Source: an uncultured Candidatus Bathyarchaeia archaeon
GTDB taxonomy: Archaea; Thermoproteota; Bathyarchaeia; 40CM-2-53-6; RBG-13-38-9
DNA: 57,256 nucleotides
Direction of reading: 5' to 3'
NCBI GenBank assembly: GCA_964598945.1
Contig: CAZRDQ010000001.1
Span: 1-57,256, forward strand
Below, one piece after another: positions 26,173 to 34,692 of this stretch. Numbering within the stretch: the stretch's first letter is position 1; every line of letters begins with the position of its first letter. Made by a program: the position numbers and the translations under genes. The notes beneath the pieces are model-generated. The model saw only the letters and a list, made by a program, of their open reading frames with translations, made no database searches and was not told where the DNA came from.

Positions 26173-27426
26173 TTGAACATACTGACTCTCAACTGTGGCA
26201 GCTCATCAGTCAAGTACTCGCTCTGGGATATGCGTAAGTTTCAGAAGATCTCAAGCGGCATTGTGGAACGTATCGGACTTGAGGGGGCATTCATAGAACA
26301 TCAGACCATGAGCGACTCCCCTGTAAGACTGAAACGGTCTGTGGCCGATCATTCTGAAGCAATCAGTCTGGTGCTGGGACTGACCAAGGCGCCTCTTGTG
26401 TCTGAAAACCATAGCCGCAAGATCGATGCAGTCGCTCACAGAATAGTCCATGGAGGCGACAAGCTGGTACACTCAACGATCATCGACGAGAAGGTCAAGT
26501 CAGAGATCTCAAAGTGTAGTGAACTCGCCCCCCTGCATAACCCTCCCAACCTAGTTGGGCTGGAATCAGCGATGAAGCTTCTGCCTCAAGTCCCTCACGT
26601 AGGCATCTTTGATACTGCCTTCCTTTCAACAATTCCTTCACATGTCTACACTTACGCTATACCAAAGGAATGGACGCAGTCATACGGAGTTCGACGCTAT
26701 GGCTTTCATGGAACGTCACATCTCTATGTGAGTAGAAGAACTGCTGCGCACCTCGGCAGGCCTTACAGCCAGGTCAACATGATCACTCTGCACATCGGAA
26801 ACGGCGTCAGTGTCACAGCGATCAAGCGCGGCTTGGCTTATGACCACAGCATGGGATTCACTCCGCTTGAAGGGGCTGTGATGGGAACTCGTTGTGGGGA
26901 TCTTGACCCAGCCATTCCACTGTACCTTATGCGAAAGCTGAACTTGACATCTGAACAGATGGAGGATGCGCTTAACCGAAAGAGCGGTCTTCTAGGGATT
27001 ACACAGAGATACTCCGATCGAAGAGACATTCTCAGGGGTGTTGATTCAGGAGATGAAGACTGCAAACTAGCTTTTGAAGTCGAATGCTACAGGCTCAAGA
27101 AATACATAGGGTCATACGCAGCAGCCCTCGGCCAACTTGACGCGATCACATTTACAGGCGGCACAGGCGAGCGGGCTCCGCGATACAGGGAGACCATCTG
27201 TTCAGGACTCGAACAGCTTGCTATACAGATTGACAAAGAGAGAAACGACAAAGCCTCAGGGGAAAGTGAGAGCGAGATAAGCAGCGACTCCTCAAGAACC
27301 AAAGTCTTTGTTATCCCTACTAATGAGGAGTTAGTGTTCGCTGAGGACGCGGCTGCTCTCTTGGAGGGCAGGTACGCGCCGCACTGGAAGTTCAGGTATT
27401 CATTCGAGAACAGAGTCAACGATTAG
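26173..27426 (+). CDS. ackA: Acetate kinase
   Basis: 417 aa with a TTG start. ILTLNCGSSSVKYSLW, HRIVHGG, NPPNL, RRYGFHGTSH and VIPTNEELV are canonical AckA blocks. Confidence 0.9.
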   Translation: MNILTLNCGSSSVKYSLWDMRKFQKISSGIVERIGLEGAFIEHQTMSDSPVRLKRSVADHSEAISLVLGLTKAPLVSENHSRKIDAVAHRIVHGGDKLVHSTIIDEKVKSEISKCSELAPLHNPPNLVGLESAMKLLPQVPHVGIFDTAFLSTIPSHVYTYAIPKEWTQSYGVRRYGFHGTSHLYVSRRTAAHLGRPYSQVNMITLHIGNGVSVTAIKRGLAYDHSMGFTPLEGAVMGTRCGDLDPAIPLYLMRKLNLTSEQMEDALNRKSGLLGITQRYSDRRDILRGVDSGDEDCKLAFEVECYRLKKYIGSYAAALGQLDAITFTGGTGERAPRYRETICSGLEQLAIQIDKERNDKASGESESEISSDSSRTKVFVIPTNEELVFAEDAAALLEGRYAPHWKFRYSFENRVND

Positions 27427-27573
27427 CCAGGATCGCGGAATCATCAAGAAGAGAAGGTGAGTGAACTGTCGCTCAGACCGCTTCTGTATGAGATAGGCCA
27501 GACTACCGCTTATTCAGCGTTCTGCCACTGAATGACACTCACCTTGCGGCCTATCTGGATGCGGCATTGTGAT

Positions 27574-30252
27574 CTACTCTGAACCGACCATCTCAAGCTT
27601 TGCAGGCAGATACTCATCAACTATGTACGTGAGGCCGTATCTGCTGAAGGCCTCCTGCTCAGCCTTCTTTTTGATCTTCATGAAAGTCTTGATCTCTCTA
27701 TTCCAGAGTTTGCCCTCGTATCTGGGGTCTTTCTTCAGTTCATAGAGCCTCTTGATATCCAGTTCAGTAAGTTTGTCGCTGGGAAGCTTGTACTCGACTA
27801 TATCCGAATTGTGAAGTACAATACCTCCAAGTCCTCCAACGAAAGTGTGGTCATTCGAGACCTCGATATCATACACGTCTGTTGGCGACATCATGCTCAA
27901 ACGTCTCTTTTCGACTAGCGGTAAGAGTACGACCCTGTTTTCGACAAGTGCTCTAATCGTTTCTATGTACCGGTTGTTTTTGTGTGGGATCGTATTCAAG
28001 ATCTCTTTGAGTTTCGCATAGCCCACCCTCGCTTTTGTACCGTTGGTGAAGAGCTTATTGTGGATCTGCGTCCTCTTTCCGTATGGCGCTGCACTTTTGA
28101 TTTGATGGCGCAGTGGATATACGATGTCTCCGGGCATAGAAAGAAGCTTGGAGTTGACTTTCACAGTCCTTCCGCAGAGCTCGTCAACCACTTCTTGTAT
28201 GCGCTCTGTGTTTGCGAGGGCAACGACATAGTATTCTCCCTGTTTGTAAGTGTAGGCCACGCAGTCTAGCTGGCGGAGTAAGACAACGAGATCCGCTGCA
28301 AGAAGTCTACTTACCGTCTTTGCGGCTAAGCGGGTGTTCTCTCTGTAGTTGATCATCCTGTCTCCTCTGAAATACCCTCGCAAGAACTCGATCTTGAATC
28401 TGTCGGGAACATTGAACATAATGTACGGGACTCGTCTGTCGTAAACGTTCTTTCCCGAAGCAAGCACTTCCGAGATGACTCTAGCCAGTAGAGTTCCGCC
28501 GTATCTTATTCGAACCTTGCTTCTGAAGCGTTCGATCTTGGGTTTGAGCCTGAAAATGCGCTGGACGCAGTTCACCGCATCTTTGACATAGCTCATCTCT
28601 GACAGGGAGAAAGTCAGTTCGCAACAGGATCCTCTCTTCCCACCAGAGAGCCCCCCTTCGGCAACGTGATACCCCAGGAGTCTGGCGAGTTGTCTGGTTA
28701 TCGGGAGAACGACTGGAATGTCGTGTCTACTATAGCGTAGCCGGAGGGATCCACCAGTAGGCAACCGACCCTCCTTTCTAAAGTATGATAACTTGGTGGT
28801 CTCACTATTTCGGAGCGTCGGATATTCGGAACGTACCTTCTTCTTTTCGTATTTCGATCTGATCTCCTTTGCAAGAGCCCGCGATTCTTCTCCCATAACA
28901 AACAGATTACCATCAGGAATCAGACCCTCCCTCAATATCATCTCTGCAATATTCACTGAGGTCAGTGATTCATTGTTTGGAACACGGAAGCAACTTGCTA
29001 AGAGTTCACCTTCACGAAGCTCAGAGACCGGCTTTGACTGCAACTCATAAGTTCGAAGATCAAAGACTTGCACGCTGTGATTCCCAGTGGTCTTGACCCT
29101 GTATCCCCCAGCCGAGACTAGCTCATAAATAGGCTCATCATACTTGTGGCGCAGAACCCCAGAGATCTGTCTCATAGAGATCTTGCCATTTGAATCGCAG
29201 CAGAGCGCTTGGATACCCACGCCACCGTCCAAGAAAACAGCTCTATCACCATTAGAAACAATTATTGGATCGACAATTCTGGAGATCGGCTCATTTCTGA
29301 TAAGTCCGCCCTTAGATACGATGACCGGCTCATCACCCGTTATCGAAGCCCACACGCCGAACCACTTCGCATCGGGCGTGTTCAAGTCTCGCAGATGGGC
29401 TGCATTTGCTGAGCCTGATATTATCACCATGGCGATGTGCATTCCCCACGGGTCCCCATCAGTAAACAGGTAGCAGGGAAGATCAAGCTCCTGGTTGAGT
29501 CTTCTGAGGAAACCTCTTGTTGCTCTTGGCGCTTGGCCTGCGGTATGTATGAGTAGGGCCTTGTGTTTTGTATGTACCTTCTCCTCGATGAATCTAGTGA
29601 AGAGGCCGCCTTTCTCTATGGCTATGACTTTGTCTGCTTTGCAGCCGACGAACTCTGCGCTTGTGAGGGCCGGGCCTATCATCATTCCGTCCGGGTGAGA
29701 AGTCAGGTTGAGTTTTCGTCCTTCATATCCTGGGAGGGTGTACTCCACAGTGAGGTCGCCGAAGATCGCGCTCCGCTCTTCAGGGAAGACGTTGAAGTCC
29801 TCTCTTGAGTATCCTAGCACCGTCTCTAGTTCTGTGATGAGGTTGTCGCTCTCCTGCTGGTCTGTGAAGCTCATCTCATATGCTTGGGCTGAGTAGAAGA
29901 CATCCCTGAGGGTGCTGGTCTTGCTCTGTCTGGTCAGCTCATCTGCGAACATCCCTGTCCAGGCAAGCTGTGTCAGTGGCTTTATGTGTCTGACATTTCT
30001 TGAGCTTCGCTTCACACTCTTGTTTCCCAGGACGTACTGCCGGAGCTTCTGGTCGTAGAATATGTTGTTGATGGATCTGCTCGGCATCTTTACCCATGGG
30101 AACTCTCCGGAGGCTATCTGGCTGTAGACCTTGCTTCCGAAGTCTTGCAGGGAGGCGAGGACCTTCTCCTTCCTCTCTCTAATGGCTCCCTTCGGCTCCT
30201 TCGGTCCCTTCGTTTCCTTCTTTTTCGCTCTCTTTCGTTCCTTCTTCGACAT
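27574..30252 (-). CDS. top6A: DNA topoisomerase VI subunit A (Spo11 homolog) interrupted by an intein
   Basis: The exteins total 379 aa. They include TLRDVFY (catalytic Tyr region), the Toprim blocks IAIEKGG and LFTDGDPWG, and the C-terminus KAEQEAF. A 513-aa insert lies between GVWA and SDIVEYKLP. Confidence 0.9.
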   Translation of the reverse strand: MSKKERKRAKKKETKGPKEPKGAIRERKEKVLASLQDFGSKVYSQIASGEFPWVKMPSRSINNIFYDQKLRQYVLGNKSVKRSSRNVRHIKPLTQLAWTGMFADELTRQSKTSTLRDVFYSAQAYEMSFTDQQESDNLITELETVLGYSREDFNVFPEERSAIFGDLTVEYTLPGYEGRKLNLTSHPDGMMIGPALTSAEFVGCKADKVIAIEKGGLFTRFIEEKVHTKHKALLIHTAGQAPRATRGFLRRLNQELDLPCYLFTDGDPWGMHIAMVIISGSANAAHLRDLNTPDAKWFGVWASITGDEPVIVSKGGLIRNEPISRIVDPIIVSNGDRAVFLDGGVGIQALCCDSNGKISMRQISGVLRHKYDEPIYELVSAGGYRVKTTGNHSVQVFDLRTYELQSKPVSELREGELLASCFRVPNNESLTSVNIAEMILREGLIPDGNLFVMGEESRALAKEIRSKYEKKKVRSEYPTLRNSETTKLSYFRKEGRLPTGGSLRLRYSRHDIPVVLPITRQLARLLGYHVAEGGLSGGKRGSCCELTFSLSEMSYVKDAVNCVQRIFRLKPKIERFRSKVRIRYGGTLLARVISEVLASGKNVYDRRVPYIMFNVPDRFKIEFLRGYFRGDRMINYRENTRLAAKTVSRLLAADLVVLLRQLDCVAYTYKQGEYYVVALANTERIQEVVDELCGRTVKVNSKLLSMPGDIVYPLRHQIKSAAPYGKRTQIHNKLFTNGTKARVGYAKLKEILNTIPHKNNRYIETIRALVENRVVLLPLVEKRRLSMMSPTDVYDIEVSNDHTFVGGLGGIVLHNSDIVEYKLPSDKLTELDIKRLYELKKDPRYEGKLWNREIKTFMKIKKKAEQEAFSRYGLTYIVDEYLPAKLEMVGSE
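27808..29346 (-). mobile_element. Intein with a LAGLIDADG homing-endonuclease domain inside top6A
   Basis: Block A is SITGDEPVIV (Ser1) and block B is TTGNHSV. The LAGLIDADG motifs are LLGYHVAEGG and FLRGYFRGDR. Block F is VYDIEVSNDHTFV and block G is GIVLHN, followed by Ser+1. Confidence 0.85.
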
Positions 30253-31766
30253 ACTTCACAATGCTCCTTAGAAGCTTCTTGACGTCCGGAACCTTCTCTT
30301 TCTTCGCCAGTCTGGCTGAGAATGTGGCGATCTTCGGCAGGTACTTTGAGAAGACATCAAGACGCTTCCTCTCCCTCTCCATGTGGTGTTTCCTTGATAA
30401 GAAGATCGCCAGCTGCCTTGCAACCTCTCTCAGAGCGTTCAGGATTTCATGCTCCACCTCAGGTCTGTCCGCTATGAACTCCTTGCCAACTGTCTTGTAT
30501 GGGATCTTGAGGCTGCAGATATGGATAAAGACCGCCAGTGGAGTATCGGGCAGGACCTTGTAGTGCCGCCAGTTCATAAGTTCGTTCGCGACTTTGTATG
30601 AGACATCGCTCGCCTCATCGAATAGCAGCGGGATCCTGTTCGCGAATCGATAGAGAAGGATCCCGTCCGGCCGCAGTATCTCGCCCCCATGTGCTACGCC
30701 GGCTTCAACTATGAATGGAAAACCTGAGTATGCTGCTGGTCTCCTCTGGTGGACAGCGACGAACTCTGGGTTGAGCTCTTTCTTGATCCCGGTCTTCAGA
30801 AGCTCAGTTCCCAGAGGGGAGAGGCAGCTGGCGTCGGGTGAGAGAAATCCGTCATAGTTCTTGATCGCGTTAACCAGCTTCACAATCTCATCCCGTGTGA
30901 GTTTCTTCGGATTCTTTCTTTCTCCAACATCGGCAAACTCCAGGAACCTTTTTGCTGTTGTCTCGCCGACTCGCTGGAAGTGTCGCTTCATAAAGTCCCT
31001 CATGGATCTTGATCTGGTCGCTTCAATCATCCTCTTGAGCGTCTCGATGTCGATTCCATGAGGATGCGGCGAGGTCTCAGTGGGCGGCTTGGGCATCAGG
31101 GTCGTGGCCCTATCAAACTTGTACAACCTGCCCCTTGGATCGACGAATGTCAGGTTGGCATAGGGCACAACTATCGCGGTCTGTTTCAGATAGTCAAGTA
31201 TCTTAGGCATCGCTCTCGGATAGTCGGCTTCGGTGGTGAACTCCACGACGGTCCCATGCCACTTGGACTTGTTGCTATGCACCTTATGCTTGACGACTAT
31301 CGGTCTGTTCTTCTGGATATCCATCGTTAGTAGGTACTCGTACATCTTTGAGGTGCCTATGCCTGAGATGATCCTTGTCTGGCCGTGGGTTGTGATCTGT
31401 CCGTAGAGCACGGCCATCTTCCCGCCCAGACCGAAGGTCCCGCGGGTCTGCCTAAGCTTGTACTTGGAGCCAAAAAGTACCTGGCCGAATGCTGAAGGGA
31501 TAACCTCAGAGGGCAAGCCTGACCCATTATCCTCAACTCTGATCCTATACACGCAGGGGTCTGCGGCCGTCTCTGACTCCGGAGACATTCGGATGTATAT
31601 GTCTGGCAGTATTCCGTGAATCTCACAAGCATCCAGAGAATTCTCAACAAGCTCCCTGATCGTTGAGTATACCGCTCTGGAAGGATTCGTGAAACCTGCA
31701 ATATCCCTATTCCGATAGAAAAAAGTCTGAGGGGCTGATTTCCCTGAACTCCTCAGTCGTCATCAT
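30179..31766 (-). CDS. top6B: DNA topoisomerase VI subunit B; the frame is broken by one extra T in a T6 run (31719-31724)
   Basis: The track ORF (469 aa, starting at 31588) lacks the ATP-binding N-box. In the same frame upstream I read FFYRNRDIAGFTNPSRAVYSTIRELVENSLDA. ATG 31766 gives MMTTEEFREISPSDFF in the neighbouring frame. Deleting one T fuses them into a roughly 528-aa Top6B. Confidence 0.8.
31722..31739. repeat. 18-bp direct repeat, copy 1 (AAAGTCTGAGGGGCTGAT), encoding ISPSDF of Top6B on the minus strand
   Basis: Identical string at 32697..32714, 975 nt away. Confidence 0.9.
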
Positions 31767-31775
31767 TCACCTCAT

Positions 31776-32768
31776 TCACGATGCTAACTCATCATACCAC
31801 TTTCTCAGTATACTAATCACCGAATCTCTTGTGAAGCAGTTTGCGAATAGACCCTCACATGAATGCTGCCTTCTATTTAGTTGTTCTTGATGGATTCGTA
31901 GCATCAGTTGAAGCAGTATAGCTTTCTGATGGCCATACCACAATCCAGTTCTGTTTTTCTTGCGCACAACTAAGGCTTCTTTTAAAAATCCAGCTTGTTT
32001 TGCAAAGGATCTCAATGCTGCTAATCCAGAGATCTTCACTCCATTTCGCGTTACATGAGCATGGATACCCAGATGAAGAAGCAACTCTGCTACTTGTTTG
32101 GTTATCATTGCATTTTGTGAGGCAACGAAAAGGTAGCTCTCGACTGTGTACTTGTGATATTTCGTCCTTCTTACTGAGACTATCGCGGAGCCTTCAGTGT
32201 CCGCGAAAATGCGCAGAACTTGAGAAGTCAACTTATGCGATGAAGTGATCGTAGTCATCATTTCTTCTGGAATTCCATTCTTTATGTTGTATGATTTCAG
32301 GTCTTCAGCGACTTGCACGTAACTGAGTCGGACCACATTTCCCGTTTCGTGAGCGCGAACTCCGTAGACCTGGTTTACTAGAGTTCCGAATCGTCTCCTT
32401 AAGTACTGAAGATTATTAGTGAACCCAACTTGATACCTGTAAATGTAACCTTCAGTGAGTATCATGATCAAGAGTCTTATTTTGGATGGTGTAAGCGTTT
32501 TTGAGGACGAAGGTATCTCATAAGGTGAATAGACGTTGCCGATGCGATAGCCCTGTCTGTAAAGCAATGAACCTGCTTCCGAGCGGGTCCGAAGTCGCAC
32601 CCCTTGCCCAAGTAGCTCCTTCCTGACTTTGCCATATGAATGCCCGCAAAGCTTGGTGATTCCATTGATGCTGTATCCAGAACGATACAGATCTGGAAAG
32701 TCTGAGGGGCTGATCTCCTGGAAGCTCTCAGACATCAGTTTTTTGCACCTGCCGTTGGGTTGCTCCAT
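31776..32768 (-). CDS. Free-standing LAGLIDADG homing endonuclease fused in frame to a copy of the first ~24 codons of top6B
   Basis: The N-terminus MSESFQEISPSDF is a Top6B N-terminus. An HTH-like segment LYRSGYSINGITKLCGHSYGKVRKELLGQGVRLR follows. The LAGLIDADG-type motifs are LLIMILTEGYIY and LRIFADTEGSAIV. The stop lies 8 nt before the GAGGTGA-ATGATG restart of top6B. Confidence 0.65.
   Translation of the reverse strand: MEQPNGRCKKLMSESFQEISPSDFPDLYRSGYSINGITKLCGHSYGKVRKELLGQGVRLRTRSEAGSLLYRQGYRIGNVYSPYEIPSSSKTLTPSKIRLLIMILTEGYIYRYQVGFTNNLQYLRRRFGTLVNQVYGVRAHETGNVVRLSYVQVAEDLKSYNIKNGIPEEMMTTITSSHKLTSQVLRIFADTEGSAIVSVRRTKYHKYTVESYLFVASQNAMITKQVAELLLHLGIHAHVTRNGVKISGLAALRSFAKQAGFLKEALVVRKKNRTGLWYGHQKAILLQLMLRIHQEQLNRRQHSCEGLFANCFTRDSVISILRKWYDELAS
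32697..32714. repeat. 18-bp direct repeat, copy 2
   Basis: Identical to 31722..31739. The flanks are related but diverged (TTCCAGGAG versus TTCAGGGAA). Confidence 0.9.
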
Positions 32769-32789
32769 GAGCTTGACGCTATCCTCCAG

Positions 32790-33368
32790 TTATTTCTCGC
32801 GAGGTTCCCACAGTTCAGTCATCTTCCTTATCTTCTCCTGTCGCCTGCGTTGTCTGAGGAACTTGTAGACGGTTGAGTGTTGCTTACCCTCTATCAGCAT
32901 CATTATAGCGTCTCTGGCAGTAGAGGCGGATTCATAGTCTCCCGTGATGGATATTGTGTGACCGTAGATCGAGATGTTTGTCTTTGTGAGTTCTTCCAGC
33001 ATGTTCCTTGTCTTGCCTTGTTGGCCAATTATCCTACCTTTGATTCTTGATATGTCGCTTTCGCTCTTTCCAAAGACCTCCCGTAGGTCTATCACGTCAA
33101 GTATCATGTCTTCCTCTCTGAGCGCTAGCGCCTTATCCGGTGAGAAGCCTCTTCCTATCGCCGTCACGACGTCACGGGCCTTAAGCAGTGATGCCGCATC
33201 GCCCTCGTTGGGCATCGTGACAATCTCAACGAATCCACTTTCACTGTCGATGTTTATGGTGACTTTGAAGATCTTCTCTATTAGCCGTTTGACGCTGCCT
33301 TCTTCACCGACAAGAGCTCCAACTCTTTCAAGAGGAATTGTTGTGCTGAGCTTGTTCTGCACCTTCAC
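32790..33368 (-). CDS. Two-KH-domain RNA-binding protein (archaeal Dim2/Pno1 homolog)
   Basis: 192 aa with VGALVGEEGSVKR and GRIIGQQGKTRNMLE (GxxG KH loops). It sits in the conserved aIF1A-Rio1-Dim2 neighbourhood. Confidence 0.8.
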   Translation of the reverse strand: MKVQNKLSTTIPLERVGALVGEEGSVKRLIEKIFKVTINIDSESGFVEIVTMPNEGDAASLLKARDVVTAIGRGFSPDKALALREEDMILDVIDLREVFGKSESDISRIKGRIIGQQGKTRNMLEELTKTNISIYGHTISITGDYESASTARDAIMMLIEGKQHSTVYKFLRQRRRQEKIRKMTELWEPREK

Positions 33369-34155
33369 CCACCACCCGTTTATAGAGAACTTCTACGTCA
33401 GGTACGCTCACACCGATCCTTGAGAAGTAGCTAGCTATGTTCAAGAGATCCCGCTTCAAGAAGGCACCAGCCATAGGATGGTCGAGCTTGACCGCTTGAG
33501 AGAGATCGAAGATCACAGGCTCATTCTCCCAAACCATAATGTTGTATTCACTGAGATCACCGTGAACGAGTTCAGCTTTGCCGTAAAGCTTGGTTACGTT
33601 CTCGATTATCTTTTGGAACATTCGCTCCGGATCCTTGAGAGGCATCTCCCTCAGAAGAGGGGCAGACGTCCCATCCATGCCTATGAACTCCATCAACAGA
33701 ACATTCTTCTCAACGGCGATCCTTTTTGGAACCCTAACCCCGGCATCTTCTGCCAACTTGAGGTTCTCGAATTCCTTTCTGGCCCAAAGATAGATTAGCG
33801 ACCTTGTCGTTCTGTCGACACGCTTGAATCTTGAATCTCCCTCGATGTATTTCTGCATACCCTGTCGAAACTCGGCTGAGGTTGTCAGGTATATCTTCAC
33901 CGCCACGTGGCGGCCTTCAGGATTCTTACCCCAGTATATTCTGGATTCTTTTCCTGATTTCACAACACCAAAGATGTTCTGAAGGTAGCCTCTGTTAAGG
34001 ACGCTGTATATCGCCATCAAGGTCGGCTTGTCGAAGACTTCCTCGATAACCTGCATATCTTCGCTTCTTTTGTCGCGCATCCGCCTCTCGAAGTCTTGCC
34101 TTCTCTCTCTATGCCTCAGTCTCTCGCGTGCTTTCCGATTCGATGGTCTCCTCAA
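33328..34155 (-). CDS. rio1: RIO-type serine protein kinase Rio1
   Basis: VVKSGKESRIYWG, VAVKIY and LVHGDLSEYNIMV (catalytic loop) are RIO1 blocks. Confidence 0.85.
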   Translation of the reverse strand: MRRPSNRKARERLRHRERRQDFERRMRDKRSEDMQVIEEVFDKPTLMAIYSVLNRGYLQNIFGVVKSGKESRIYWGKNPEGRHVAVKIYLTTSAEFRQGMQKYIEGDSRFKRVDRTTRSLIYLWARKEFENLKLAEDAGVRVPKRIAVEKNVLLMEFIGMDGTSAPLLREMPLKDPERMFQKIIENVTKLYGKAELVHGDLSEYNIMVWENEPVIFDLSQAVKLDHPMAGAFLKRDLLNIASYFSRIGVSVPDVEVLYKRVVGEGAEQAQHNNSS

Positions 34156-34167
34156 ACCGTGTCCCTA

Positions 34168-34473
34168 TCAGGCAGGAAGGTAACCGCGCTGTTTGAGCGT
34201 GTCGACCTGGCCCCTCGTGTACCGCCAGAGGATATCTCCTCGCTCATTATACTGGAAATCCCATGGTTCAACGAGCACCGCATCACCCATCCTGACCCAG
34301 ACTCTTCGCTTCATCTTTCCTCTGATTCTGCAGAGTCTCTCAAAGCCGTCAGCACATTTGACCCTAACCCTGTCATAGCCTAAGAGCTGCGAGACCAGAC
34401 CGACAACCTGTCGTGGACCGGGATAGATTATGTCCTTCAGTTCTTCTTCGCTGATTACCTTCTTCTTTCCCAT
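34168..34473 (-). CDS. eif1a: Translation initiation factor aIF-1A
   Basis: 101 aa with an S1-like OB fold: RVRVKCADGFERLCRIRGKMKRRVWVRMGDAVLVEPWDFQ...GDILWRY. Confidence 0.9.
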   Translation of the reverse strand: MGKKKVISEEELKDIIYPGPRQVVGLVSQLLGYDRVRVKCADGFERLCRIRGKMKRRVWVRMGDAVLVEPWDFQYNERGDILWRYTRGQVDTLKQRGYLPA

Positions 34474-34692
34474 TCTGAAATTTTAATCCCCATCTGACTG
34501 TGATGATGCCGAGATTGAGTTGAACCCAGCAATGCAGATAAAGGTTTAGCTCGTGATCGAGCGTCTAAGTTGCATCCATCACTCAATTCAATGTCTTAAA
34601 CATAACATCTGTCTGGAACGACGCGGTAGCTTCTTTGGTCAGCTCTGAATTATTTCCATCTGAAGCAATGTTTTGCTCGAAGAGGCAATTGG

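Noticed and set aside
27421-27573. C/D-box sRNA in the ackA/top6A spacer (TGATGA and CTGA strings on the minus strand).
   Set aside because: The box order and spacing are wrong: the C-like box is at the 3' end. There is no C'/D' pair or terminal stem.
31357-31701. 114-aa minus-strand ORF overlapping the top6B 5' region.
   Set aside because: It is the third frame across the real Top6B N-terminal coding sequence and its translation has no family resemblance. The true frames are those described in the top6B frameshift finding.
31722-32714. Idea that the endonuclease-containing 975-nt segment is an RNA intron (bulge-helix-bulge or group I) or is removed by repeat recombination to restore top6B.
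   Set aside because: The segment is an exact multiple of 3 and in frame with the upstream Top6B leader. It carries its own RBS, ATG and a duplicated leader, which an intron would not need. Deletion between the repeats would still leave the T6 frameshift. I could not identify BHB or group I core structure by eye, so the intron idea is unsupported rather than disproved.
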